64,000 nt of DNA, from the NCBI GenBank assembly GCA_045588245.1, contig JAZNDW010000012.1, forward strand, positions 95,434 through 159,433, written 5' to 3'. The notes beneath the pieces were generated by a model. The model ran no database searches, was not told the origin of the DNA, and worked only from the letters and a program-made list of their open reading frames with translations. Each line of letters begins with the position of its first letter. Positions within the stretch are counted from its first letter, which is position 1. Shown here piece after piece: positions 19,650 to 29,645 of this stretch. Source of the stretch: Eubacteriales bacterium. Lineage in GTDB: Bacteria > Bacillota > Clostridia > Oscillospirales > CAG-272. Made by a program: the position numbers and the translations under genes.

Positions 19650-21161
19650 ATGGCGATAGTGTTTGCAATTATTGCGGTGTTTACGTTTGCAAATCCCGAT
19701 ATATCGGCGCTTGATTTTCTTCCCGATTTTATCGGATGTCTTTTGCTGTACTTTGCTTTGGCGGTGCCGTCTGAATTTTCAAATAAGCTTTCCGACGCAA
19801 GAACGCTTTTGTTCAGGCTGACTCTCGTAACGGCGGCTGACGCCGTCAGCTCTTTCTTCGTTTCAGGCGATGATCGGGCTATGATCCTTTTGCTTTCGTT
19901 CTGCTTCGGAATTGCGGAAGCCGCGATGCTTTATCTGCTCGTCGATAAAATATTCGACGGTATGATATATCTCGGAACGCAGTTTCCCGCAAAGGGAATA
20001 TACATGCCGTACAGCGAACGGAGTATGCGGCGTTACCGCGAAAAGCTTACGCGCAGGCTTTCCCGTTATGCACAGCACCGAGGTAACGGCACTATCACAG
20101 ATGAAATGATAAATGAGCGCGTCAACACACTGTCGGAAAAACGGAATGACAAGAACCTGTCTAAGCTTGTGAAGCTGACGAAGCGCTTCGTTATTATGCG
20201 TGCGGTGTTTAATATACTTCCCGAATTTACGGAGCTTTCTTCTTACGGATACGAGGGCGAGGTAAATGCGTATAACGTCAATCTTGCCGACTTCCGCGGA
20301 CTTTTCATCGTATTCGCCGTATTCTTTACGTCGATTATCGCTTTACATTGGCTATTGCGGATTTTGAGCTACATCAACGGAATCAGATGCGATATGCCGT
20401 TCCGCGAAGCACTTAGAAACGCTTACAAAAACGACGTTGCCGCGAATACGGGACTTCAGCATTATAAAAGGCTCAAGCTTGCGCTTGTGTTCTTGTCTGC
20501 CGGTGTTTTGCTGTCACTCGATTTCATTATCGACCGACAGAACTTTATTCCCGACATTTTGTGTGCCGTATGCGTCCTGCTGTTCTGGCTGTCTTTTTTA
20601 CGCGACGCGAAAAAGCCTGTTATTCCGATCGCTTTGACTGTCGGTTACGGAGTTTTTACGATGGCGCATTGGATTTCTGTTGCTTCATTTATCGAAAATT
20701 ATCATGATTTTACACGCACTATGAAATCTGAAGACGCAATGCGTGCGTATATAGTCTGCGCTGTCATCTCTTTTGTCGCTGAGGCTCTGTTCGTATTGAT
20801 GATGATAACCGTTACGCGCAGGATAAACGCTGTTATACATGAATATACAGGCTTTATCTCAACCGGAGGCGAATACGATACCTATTCCGAAAAACTGCAC
20901 GCCAGACTTTCAAAGCAAAACCGACGTATGCTCATACTGTCGATAGTCAATGCCGCAGTATCCGTTGCGTATTCGGTCATCATAGGCATAAATAAACCTG
21001 TTGAGGCGATGCAAGATGGCATTAAATACGTCTTTTACGTTCCCGTTTTTGAGGGAATAACGACGGTCATGCTCATAGTCTCCGTCATATTTGCAATTTA
21101 TACCGTAAAACACATTTCCGATGTGTCAGACGGACTTGACGAACGGTACAAGCTGACTTAA
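19650..21161 (+). CDS. hypothetical multi-pass membrane protein, N-terminal region paralogous to the preceding ORF
   Basis: 503 aa behind a strong aaaggag RBS. 'FTFANPDISALDFLPDFIGCLLLYFAL' resembles 'FTFAPTYFLTDLVGSFVMYEAL' of the upstream ORF. Confidence 0.75.
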   Translation: MAIVFAIIAVFTFANPDISALDFLPDFIGCLLLYFALAVPSEFSNKLSDARTLLFRLTLVTAADAVSSFFVSGDDRAMILLLSFCFGIAEAAMLYLLVDKIFDGMIYLGTQFPAKGIYMPYSERSMRRYREKLTRRLSRYAQHRGNGTITDEMINERVNTLSEKRNDKNLSKLVKLTKRFVIMRAVFNILPEFTELSSYGYEGEVNAYNVNLADFRGLFIVFAVFFTSIIALHWLLRILSYINGIRCDMPFREALRNAYKNDVAANTGLQHYKRLKLALVFLSAGVLLSLDFIIDRQNFIPDILCAVCVLLFWLSFLRDAKKPVIPIALTVGYGVFTMAHWISVASFIENYHDFTRTMKSEDAMRAYIVCAVISFVAEALFVLMMITVTRRINAVIHEYTGFISTGGEYDTYSEKLHARLSKQNRRMLILSIVNAAVSVAYSVIIGINKPVEAMQDGIKYVFYVPVFEGITTVMLIVSVIFAIYTVKHISDVSDGLDERYKLT

Positions 21162-21166
21162 AATAC

Positions 21167-21208
21167 GAATACCCGAGATAAGCACTTAGCTATCTCGGGT
21201 ATTTTTTC
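21167..21208. terminator. bidirectional intrinsic terminator
   Basis: Stem atacccgagata (21169-21180) pairs with tatctcgggtat (21191-21202), followed by a T-run at 21203-21208. Confidence 0.8.
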
Positions 21209-21222
21209 TTTTGTATTAAGTA

Positions 21223-21942
21223 TTATTGTGTTGCTTTTTCTGAAATGTTTGAATAAAGGGTCAATAACAGATACATCACACAGTAAATAAGAGCGCCGTC
21301 GATCAGGATCTCTGCGTATGCAGAGATTATTGCCAGAATGTCAGACCCGGTCATATCAAAGCCGTATTCGATGATACCTGTTATGTTAGAATAAATCTCA
21401 AAGAGTATGTACGGTGTTATTCTTGCAATAAAAGCGATGCCGAGCATTTGTGATGCGGGATGTAAAAGGGAAATAAACGGTATTGGAAGCTCATAGACTG
21501 ATGCTTTCGCAATAAAGCGTTTTGCGAAAAGAATAATAACGGCGTAAACGATGGCACGAGCTGCAAAATTCAGGAAAAGGTATAAAAGTGTCCAAAGTTC
21601 AAATCCGTAGACCAAGCCGTAAGCAAAGTCGATCGTAAATGATATGCTGTAGTCAACAAAAAGTATCAGCATAGCTACAACATAAGCAAAAAGCAGACCT
21701 TTTTTTTCTTTTAGCAGAACAAATGAAAGAATGAGTGCGGCGCCTGCGGCGAAAATGATGCTGTCGAACAGGGTTCTCACAACGTAAAGAATATCCAAAA
21801 CCGCGGAAGCGGAATATTCGGGGCTGTTTGACAGTACCGTCGTCATGATTGCCGCTATTTGAGAAAAAATCGTTGAGATAACGATAAACAGCCCGCCGAG
21901 GGTGAGTATTTTTCGTGAGTTATTCGCGTTAGTCATGGTCAT
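21223..21942 (-). CDS. hypothetical multi-pass membrane protein
   Basis: 239 aa, hydrophobic throughout, with no recognisable motif. Confidence 0.65.
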   Translation of the reverse strand: MTMTNANNSRKILTLGGLFIVISTIFSQIAAIMTTVLSNSPEYSASAVLDILYVVRTLFDSIIFAAGAALILSFVLLKEKKGLLFAYVVAMLILFVDYSISFTIDFAYGLVYGFELWTLLYLFLNFAARAIVYAVIILFAKRFIAKASVYELPIPFISLLHPASQMLGIAFIARITPYILFEIYSNITGIIEYGFDMTGSDILAIISAYAEILIDGALIYCVMYLLLTLYSNISEKATQ

Positions 21943-22097
21943 AAACGTTCTCCATTCCGCTGATTTTTCGTCAGCTTGTTTTATTTTACCACAGATTCAC
22001 GCAAAAATAAAGAGTAACTGTAAATTCGGTGTCAAGATATGAAGTATATTCATAAGATTTTAATATAAATACCGACCGACACGAAAAAGAGGTAGCT

Positions 22098-23033
22098 ATG
22101 AGCGAAATTAGAGAACGCATTTTGCCGTTACACGCACCGATAAACAACGAAACCGTTGGGAGTCATTTTAAGGAATATAAAAACAGATACGGATTTTTCG
22201 ATTACTTTGAGATAGGACAAAGCATAAGAGGTCGTCCGATATATGCGTGCAGAATAGGCATGGCAACAGCACCGATATCGGTGGTGTACGTCGGCACGCA
22301 TCACGGCATGGAATGGATAACGACTGCGACACTTTTGCGGTTCATAAACGAGTATTGTGAGGCATACGAAAAGAAAGGCACGATGTACGGTATAAGTATT
22401 CCCGTTATCTATCGTGAGCGGGCGATTTATATCGTGCCGATGCTGAATCCCGATGGAGTACAAATACAACAGTCGGGAGCTTCGCCCGATAGTCCGCTCT
22501 ATTGCCGCTTACTGAAAATGAACGACGGCGATGATTTCACTCTTTGGCAGGCAAATGAACGGGGCGTTGATCTTAATCATAATTATAATGCAGGATTTTC
22601 AGAATACAAAAGAGTTGAAGCAGAGCTCGGGATCACAGCCGGCAGAACGAAATACAGCGGGCAGTATCCCGAATCTGAGCCTGAGGTATCGGCACTGTCG
22701 GGTATGATACGAACGCTCAGCCCTGAGATGATACTGACTCTACACACACAAGGCGAGGAAATATATTACACGAGCGGAGGTAACGTGCCGCCGAACGGTA
22801 AAAGAATAGCAGAGGTGATCGGTGAGCTTACGGGATATGAGCTGTCTGTGCCGACGGGAACGGCGTCATACGGAGGCTTGACTGATTGGTTTATCGGTGA
22901 ATTTAATAAGCCGTCTTTCACAATAGAATGCGGCAAAGGGAAGAACCCTTTGCCGTGGGAAGATTTTATCGGTATCTACAGTAAACTTCGACGTGCATTA
23001 TTCATAGCGCCAACGCTTCTGAAATCACATTAA
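22098..23033 (+). CDS. M14 family zinc peptidase (gamma-D-glutamyl-meso-diaminopimelate peptidase-like)
   Basis: 'GTHHGMEW' is the HXXE zinc motif, and 'LHTQGEEIYY' is present. Size and motifs fit the endopeptidase I subgroup. Confidence 0.75.
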   Translation: MSEIRERILPLHAPINNETVGSHFKEYKNRYGFFDYFEIGQSIRGRPIYACRIGMATAPISVVYVGTHHGMEWITTATLLRFINEYCEAYEKKGTMYGISIPVIYRERAIYIVPMLNPDGVQIQQSGASPDSPLYCRLLKMNDGDDFTLWQANERGVDLNHNYNAGFSEYKRVEAELGITAGRTKYSGQYPESEPEVSALSGMIRTLSPEMILTLHTQGEEIYYTSGGNVPPNGKRIAEVIGELTGYELSVPTGTASYGGLTDWFIGEFNKPSFTIECGKGKNPLPWEDFIGIYSKLRRALFIAPTLLKSH

Positions 23034-23834
23034 CTTCATCCATTCCGATGCAAGACGCACCCAGTCTGCGGCGCGCGGATTCAATAGAGCCGGGTTGCCG
23101 CACGAAGTTTCATGATTTGCAAGAGAAAGACCGTGAGGACCGTCGGGATAAATGTGAAGCTCGAACGGGATCTTATGTAACGAAAGTGATTTAGCAAAGG
23201 CGAGCGAATTTTCAACGGGAACAGCGCCGTCGTTTGCCGTGTGCCACAGAAACGTAGGCGGTGTATTTTCGGAAACGAGATTTTCAAGGCTATGCTCCTC
23301 AAGCATTAATTCCGTTGCGTCGTCGCCAATGGAATTGATAATGGTGCCTCTATGAGCGTATTCACCTGCGGTGATAACGGGATATGAAAGAATAACGCCG
23401 TCAGGACGGTTCATGCCGTAGGGAATGTCTATCTCCTCGCGGATGAAATCCTCGTGCCAGCGTACGCCGAGCATAGCCGCAACATAGCCGCCTGCGGAAA
23501 ACCCGAGAACGAAAATGCGTTTCGGATCAACGTTATATTCGTCAGCGTGCCTGCGGACGTGTGCTATAGCTATGGATGCGTCAAGAAGCGGTAGCGGATA
23601 ATTCCCGAATTCGCCTACAGAATATCGCAACACGAACGTATTTATGCCGTAAGGCATAAATGCAAGCGCAACAGGCTCCGCTTCTCTCTCGGATAGAAAT
23701 GACAGTCCGCCGCCGGGAAGAACTATCAGGGCAGGGCGCCGTCCATGACGCAGATCGGGATGATCTTTGTGGAGCATAGGAGTCAACGTTACGCGATCGT
23801 CGTTATCGTATAAATTAATGATCTTTTCTTCCAT
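23025..23834 (-). CDS. alpha/beta hydrolase (acetyl esterase / carbohydrate esterase-like)
   Basis: 'LPGGG' oxyanion motif and 'GFSAGG' nucleophile elbow. Confidence 0.8.
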   Translation of the reverse strand: MEEKIINLYDNDDRVTLTPMLHKDHPDLRHGRRPALIVLPGGGLSFLSEREAEPVALAFMPYGINTFVLRYSVGEFGNYPLPLLDASIAIAHVRRHADEYNVDPKRIFVLGFSAGGYVAAMLGVRWHEDFIREEIDIPYGMNRPDGVILSYPVITAGEYAHRGTIINSIGDDATELMLEEHSLENLVSENTPPTFLWHTANDGAVPVENSLAFAKSLSLHKIPFELHIYPDGPHGLSLANHETSCGNPALLNPRAADWVRLASEWMKLM

Positions 23835-23998
23835 AGTTCAAAACCTTTCGCATAGTGCCGTATATTTTGATGGTAACATATCTTTTTCTATATATCAACA
23901 AATTTTTTTATAAAACCAAATAAACAGAAAATCTTACTTGAAAAATACGGAATATAAATGTATACTTAAATTACAGTTGATTATATGATAACGGAAGG

Positions 23999-25900
23999 AT
24001 GATCAAAATGAAAAAGAAACTGTTATCGCTCATTCTTTGTGCGGCAATGCTACTTTGTTTTTTTGCTTGCGGCGAAGAAGATACTTCGGAAACCGAAGGA
24101 TCGCAGACAACGGACACAGCGGCTGATACAGAGGAGGAACAAATCGTGGAAGAACAAAACGGCAGACAAGTCGAAGCTCTTGACCGCGGACTCGTTGCGG
24201 TCAGCACGGATGACGGTATCCTTGTAAGCTGGCGCTCCCTCGGTACGGAATCGAACGATACCGTATACGAGCTTTTCCGCGACGGCACATCTGTTTACAA
24301 GAGTGAATCAGGGATGGCTACGTGTTACCTTGATACTGCGGGGACGGAGGCGTCATCGTACTATGTCATCACAGACGCTAAAGAACAGTCCGCTACCGTA
24401 ACTCCTCACAGCAAAAACTTTTTTGATATATCGCTAAACGTTCCCGAACCCGGTACAACTCCGTCGGGCGAACGTTATACATATACGCCCGGTGACGCGT
24501 CCTGCGGTGATCTTGACGGTGACGGTGAATATGAGATCATACTCAAATGGGATCCGTCAAACGCAAAGGATAACTCACAGTCCGGCTATACGGGCAACGT
24601 TATAATTGACGCATATAAGCTTGACGGCACACAGCTCTGGCGCATTGACCTCGGTGTCAACATCCGTGCAGGCGCGCATTATACGCAATTCCTCGTTTAC
24701 GATTTCGACGGCGACGGCTGCGCCGAGCTCGTTTGCAAAACGTCTGATGGCACCGTGGCAGGTGACGGCACCATTATCGGAAGAGAAAAAGCAGACTTCA
24801 GAACGAACGCAGGCTACATTCTGTCAGGACATGAATATCTCACGGTGTTCAACGGCAAGACGGGAGCAGCAGTAACGACGATCGATTATAAGCCTCAGCG
24901 CGGATCGGTCAGCTCCTGGGGAGACGATTACGGCAACCGAGTTGACAGATTCCTTGCCGCCGTTGCATATCTTGACGGAAAAACTCCGTCTATCGTGATG
25001 TGCCGCGGATATTATACGCGTACCGTACTTGTCGCATATAACTTTGACGGCGCAGAGCTGACCGAGCTTTGGACGTTTGACTCGAATGGAAAGGGGAACG
25101 GTGCTATTGCGGGTCAGGGTAACCATAACCTTTGCGTAGCTGACGTTGACGGCGACGGCTTTGACGAGATCGTATACGGTCAGTGCTGTATCGATCACGA
25201 CGGCACTAAGCTTTGGAACACAATGCTCGGACACGGCGATGCCATTCACGTCGGAGACTTTATACCCGATCGTGAGGGACTTGAAGTGTGGGGTTGCCTT
25301 GAAGGCGGTCAGGGTGCTTATCTTGCCGACGCAAAGACGGGAAAAGTTCTCTTCAAATATTCATCCAACAGAGACGTCGGACGCGCACTTGCTGATAATT
25401 TTATTCCCGGAAACGATTCGGCTGAGTTTATCTGCGCCACAACTTCAACCGTATATCATTACACGAACGAAAAAATGAAGCCATTTTCAGGTAAAACGTG
25501 GTCGGGCGGCATCAACTTCGCCGTCTGGTGGACGGGCGATCTTGAGCGCTGCGGTCTTGACGGTACGACAGTCTATTCTTACGAGCACGGTGCCGTTCTC
25601 AGCGCTAACGCAATATCCATTAACGGAACAAAGGCAACACCGTGTCTTACAGCCGATCTGTTTGGTGACTGGCGTGAGGAGATCGTGTTCTATTCAAAGG
25701 GAGGCAAGGTGCTTCGCGTTTATATGACGGAGTTTGATACCGATTACAGAATCAGCACGCTCATGCATAACACAATGTACCGCTGCGGCGTCGCAAATGA
25801 AAACGTTGCGTATAATATCCCGCCGCATACGGATTACTTCCTCGAAACTGATTATCCGCTTCCCGAATATCCCGAGGTATACATGGTAAAAGCTAAATAA
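23999..25900 (+). CDS. rhamnogalacturonan lyase, PL11 family-like lipoprotein (YesW/YesX-like)
   Basis: Lipobox 'LLCFFACG'. Repeated 'GDLDGDGEYEI', 'YDFDGDGCAEL' and 'ADVDGDGFDEI' Ca-binding propeller motifs are characteristic of PL11 enzymes. Confidence 0.7.
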   Translation: MIKMKKKLLSLILCAAMLLCFFACGEEDTSETEGSQTTDTAADTEEEQIVEEQNGRQVEALDRGLVAVSTDDGILVSWRSLGTESNDTVYELFRDGTSVYKSESGMATCYLDTAGTEASSYYVITDAKEQSATVTPHSKNFFDISLNVPEPGTTPSGERYTYTPGDASCGDLDGDGEYEIILKWDPSNAKDNSQSGYTGNVIIDAYKLDGTQLWRIDLGVNIRAGAHYTQFLVYDFDGDGCAELVCKTSDGTVAGDGTIIGREKADFRTNAGYILSGHEYLTVFNGKTGAAVTTIDYKPQRGSVSSWGDDYGNRVDRFLAAVAYLDGKTPSIVMCRGYYTRTVLVAYNFDGAELTELWTFDSNGKGNGAIAGQGNHNLCVADVDGDGFDEIVYGQCCIDHDGTKLWNTMLGHGDAIHVGDFIPDREGLEVWGCLEGGQGAYLADAKTGKVLFKYSSNRDVGRALADNFIPGNDSAEFICATTSTVYHYTNEKMKPFSGKTWSGGINFAVWWTGDLERCGLDGTTVYSYEHGAVLSANAISINGTKATPCLTADLFGDWREEIVFYSKGGKVLRVYMTEFDTDYRISTLMHNTMYRCGVANENVAYNIPPHTDYFLETDYPLPEYPEVYMVKAK

Positions 25901-25916
25901 AACATACCTACAGCAA

Positions 25917-25954
25917 AAAAGAGAGCGTTTTTTTGAAAAACGCTCTCTTTTGTT
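25917..25954 (+). terminator. intrinsic terminator
   Basis: aaaagagagcgttttt pairs with aaaaacgctctctttt as a long perfect hairpin. Confidence 0.8.
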
Positions 25955-26087
25955 AATTGTTTGTGAACAACAACGCTGAATTTTAACGAAATTATAATTT
26001 TACAAATCATATCGCATGACGGATGGATTTATTTTAAGTTTTATTATATAATATTAATATATTATTAACACTTAAAGCGGTAAATAC

Positions 26088-27824
26088 ATGAAAAGATATT
26101 TGAAATACCTACAGCCGTACGCACCGGCGATGGCGCTCGGTTTGCTGATCAAATTCACAGGCACGATATTTGATCTTTTGATTCCGTCGATACTTGAGCA
26201 TATTATTGATAACGTAATAGTAACAGGCGACATCAAGCTGATCTACTTTTGGGGCGGCGCTATGATAGTTTCGTCTGTTTTGGCAGTTCTCGGTAACGTT
26301 ATTGCCAACAGAATGGCGTCACGCGTCGCAAGTAAATCAACTCAGCTTTTGCGGCACGATCTTTTTGTTAAAACGCTTCGTCTTTCCTGCCGTCAAACGG
26401 ACACGTTTTCGATTCCGTCGCTTGAATCCCGTCTGACGTCGGATACATATAATGTTCATCAGTTTACGGGAATGATACAGCGCATGGGTGTCCGCGCACC
26501 GATCTTGCTTATAGGCGGACTTATCCTTACAAGTTTTATGGATCCCGTCATGACGCTCGTTCTTCTGGCAACGCTGCCGTTTTTGGCGGTGTCCGTCTTT
26601 TTTATTTCGAAAAAGAGCATTCCGCTATATTCTAAGCTTGGCACAGCGACAGACGATATGGTACGTACGGTACGCGAAAACATTCAGGGTATCCGCGTTA
26701 TAAAGGCTCTGTCAAAAACGGATTACGAAAAAAGACGCTTTGAAAAAGTAAACACCAATCTGCAAAAACGCGAAGAAACGGCGAGCATGATCGTTTCAAC
26801 AACGAATCCGCTGATGAACTTTTTCCTTTATCTCGGACTGACTGTCGTTATCGTGATCGGCGCGTACCGTGTCAACGCAGGACTGTCGCAGGTCGGTAAG
26901 ATCATGGCGTTCATCTCGTATTTTACATACATTCTTAACGCAATGCTTTCGGTCACAAGAATGTTTGTAACGTACTCTAAGTGCGCCGCTTCCATGCAAA
27001 GAATAACGAAAGTTCTCGATGCGCCGACGGAGCTTGATGTAGTGGTTCCCGATGAAGACGACGAGTACGCCGAGTTCAACGATTCAGCACCGCATATTGA
27101 GTTTCGAAACGTCACCTTCTCGTATAACGGCAAGCGCGACAACATAAAAAATATTTCATTTACGCTCGGTAAGGGACAAACTCTCGGCATCATCGGCGGC
27201 ACGGGAAGTGGCAAAACGACGCTTATATCACTGCTTATGCGCTTTTACGATCCGGATTGTGGCAGGATCACGATAAACGGACGAGATATACGTTATTATG
27301 ATCCGGATGATCTTTACAGCAAATTCGGCATCGCCGCGCAGAACGATTTCCTTTTCTCCGATACGATCCGCGAGAACATCCGCTTTGGACGTGAGCTTGA
27401 CGATGATGGTATCAAAGAAGCTATCGTATCATCGCAAGCTAAATCGTTTGTCGACGAAAAAGAGGGCGGAGAAGAGTTCCGTCTCGATATTAAAGGTGCA
27501 AATCTTTCAGGCGGACAAAAACAGCGCCTGCTTATCGCACGCGCTTTGGCGTCACGTCCTGAGATTCTGATCCTCGACGATTCATCAAGCGCGCTTGACT
27601 ACCGCACAGATGCAAGTCTACGCGGACACATCGCCGAGCGTTATAAAGCTTCAACGAAGGTTATCGTTGCACAGCGTGTAAGCTCTATTTTGCAGTCAGA
27701 CCTGATACTTGTCATGGACGGCGGTGTCGTTATTGCGGCGGGTACGCACGCCGAGCTTTGCGAATCGTGCGACATATACCGTGAGATTTCCGAGTCACAG
27801 ATGGGAGGTGCTATCCTTGATTAA
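26088..27824 (+). CDS. ABC exporter, fused permease/ATPase, first half of a heterodimer
   Basis: 578 aa with six TM segments. Walker A 'GGTGSGKTT', signature 'LSGGQKQR', Walker B 'ILILDDS'. Confidence 0.92.
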   Translation: MKRYLKYLQPYAPAMALGLLIKFTGTIFDLLIPSILEHIIDNVIVTGDIKLIYFWGGAMIVSSVLAVLGNVIANRMASRVASKSTQLLRHDLFVKTLRLSCRQTDTFSIPSLESRLTSDTYNVHQFTGMIQRMGVRAPILLIGGLILTSFMDPVMTLVLLATLPFLAVSVFFISKKSIPLYSKLGTATDDMVRTVRENIQGIRVIKALSKTDYEKRRFEKVNTNLQKREETASMIVSTTNPLMNFFLYLGLTVVIVIGAYRVNAGLSQVGKIMAFISYFTYILNAMLSVTRMFVTYSKCAASMQRITKVLDAPTELDVVVPDEDDEYAEFNDSAPHIEFRNVTFSYNGKRDNIKNISFTLGKGQTLGIIGGTGSGKTTLISLLMRFYDPDCGRITINGRDIRYYDPDDLYSKFGIAAQNDFLFSDTIRENIRFGRELDDDGIKEAIVSSQAKSFVDEKEGGEEFRLDIKGANLSGGQKQRLLIARALASRPEILILDDSSSALDYRTDASLRGHIAERYKASTKVIVAQRVSSILQSDLILVMDGGVVIAAGTHAELCESCDIYREISESQMGGAILD

Positions 27825-29619
27825 CGGCCCTAAAAGCCCGATAAATCAGCGACATCTTCACGACGGACCTGCGATGTCGGGTAAGCACAAATTTAAGATA
27901 TTCCTTCGCCTGTTCAAGTATATGCTTGACTATAAGCTTCTTGTTATAACGGCGATCATGCTTATGGTCTCCTCAAATCTCTTGGCGCTTGTCGCACCGA
28001 AGCTTTCGGGAGAAGCAATCAAAGCCATAGAGCCCGGTGTCGGAAAAGTCGATTTTGATACCGTCATACGCTACTGCATTTTAATGGCGATATTTTATGC
28101 CTTATCCTCAATACTTTCTTATATTCTGTCGATAACGATGATCCACATCTCGCGCAAGATCTCGGCAAGAATGAGAAGCGAGGTATTTAATAAGCTCATG
28201 TCACTTCCCGTCAGCTTCTTTGACAAGAATCAGACGGGTGATATCATAAGCCGTATGTCGTACGATATTGACACGATCAACACCTCGATCGCAACCGACC
28301 TCTTACAGATCTGTTCAAGCGTGATCACCGTTGTCGGCTCACTCGTTATGATGATAACGATCTCTCCGCTGCTCGTGCTCGTTTTTGTTGTAACGATCCC
28401 GATGTCGATAATATTTACACGGTATAAAACGAAAAAGATACGTCCGCTCTTTAAGCGCCGTTCCGTCAAGCTCGGCGAACTTAACGGATACACCGAGGAG
28501 ATACTGTCAGGTCACAGAACGATCAAAGCTTACCGACGTGAAAACGTCATGATAGACCGATTCGACGAATATAACGATGAAGCTGTCGCGGCGTATTATA
28601 ATGCCGACTATCAGGGAGCGATGATAGGCCCGACCGTCAACTTTATTAACAATCTTTCGCTTTCGTTTATTTCTCTTTTCGGCTCGATCCTTTATTTACT
28701 TCAGAAGATCGCGCTGGCAGACATATCGACGTTTATAATGTACTCACGCAAATTCTCAGGTCCAATCAACGAAATGGCGAATATTATCAGCGAGCTTCAG
28801 TCGGCGGCATCCGCTGCTGAGCGCGTATTCCGCCTTATCGACGAAGAAGAAGAGCCCGCCGACTACGACGATGCTGTGGTATTATCAAACGCTAAAGGCG
28901 ATATTACAGCCGAAGACGTAAAATTCTCGTATGTTGAGGGCAAAGAGATCCTTCATGGCATCAGCTTTGATGCGCCTCGCGGCAAAACGATTGCGATCGT
29001 AGGCCCCACGGGAAGCGGTAAAACGACGATCATAAATTTGTTGATGCGCTTTTACGATATCGACAGCGGAGCTATTAGGATCGACGGCAACGACATTTGC
29101 AAAGTGACGCGTGACAGCTTACGCGCGGCGCACACGATGGTTCTTCAGGATACATGGCTGTTTGGCGGCACGATAGCCGAAAATATTGCATACGGAAAAG
29201 AGGGAGCGACAAGAGCGGAAATCGTAAAGACTGCAAAAGCGGCAATGATCGATGATTTTATCGAAAGCCTGCCCGATGGTTACGATACTCTTGTCAACGA
29301 AGACGGTATCAATCTCTCAAAGGGACAAAAGCAGCTATTAACGATCGCGCGCGCAATGTTGCCTGAATGTGCCGTTTTGATACTTGACGAAGCAACCTCA
29401 AACGTCGATTCACGTACAGAAGTGAAGATCCAGTCTGCCATGAACAAACTTATGGAGGGCAAAACGAGCTTCATTATCGCCCACCGACTTTCAACTATAC
29501 GTCACGCGGACGTTATCCTCGTTTTGAAGGATGGCAATATTATCGAATCCGGAACCCACGAAGAGCTTTTGGCGTCTGGCGGATTTTATTCATCTTTGTA
29601 TAATTCGCAGTTCAATTAA
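27817..29619 (+). CDS. ABC exporter, fused permease/ATPase, second half of a heterodimer
   Basis: Walker A 'GPTGSGKTT', signature 'LSKGQKQ', Walker B 'LILDEATS'. The TTG at 27817 lies 8 nt after ggagg and overlaps the upstream stop (TTGATTAA). The ATG at 27874 is an alternative start. Confidence 0.9.
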   Translation: MINGPKSPINQRHLHDGPAMSGKHKFKIFLRLFKYMLDYKLLVITAIMLMVSSNLLALVAPKLSGEAIKAIEPGVGKVDFDTVIRYCILMAIFYALSSILSYILSITMIHISRKISARMRSEVFNKLMSLPVSFFDKNQTGDIISRMSYDIDTINTSIATDLLQICSSVITVVGSLVMMITISPLLVLVFVVTIPMSIIFTRYKTKKIRPLFKRRSVKLGELNGYTEEILSGHRTIKAYRRENVMIDRFDEYNDEAVAAYYNADYQGAMIGPTVNFINNLSLSFISLFGSILYLLQKIALADISTFIMYSRKFSGPINEMANIISELQSAASAAERVFRLIDEEEEPADYDDAVVLSNAKGDITAEDVKFSYVEGKEILHGISFDAPRGKTIAIVGPTGSGKTTIINLLMRFYDIDSGAIRIDGNDICKVTRDSLRAAHTMVLQDTWLFGGTIAENIAYGKEGATRAEIVKTAKAAMIDDFIESLPDGYDTLVNEDGINLSKGQKQLLTIARAMLPECAVLILDEATSNVDSRTEVKIQSAMNKLMEGKTSFIIAHRLSTIRHADVILVLKDGNIIESGTHEELLASGGFYSSLYNSQFN

Positions 29620-29645
29620 AAAAAGCGGTGAACGGCAGAGCATTG

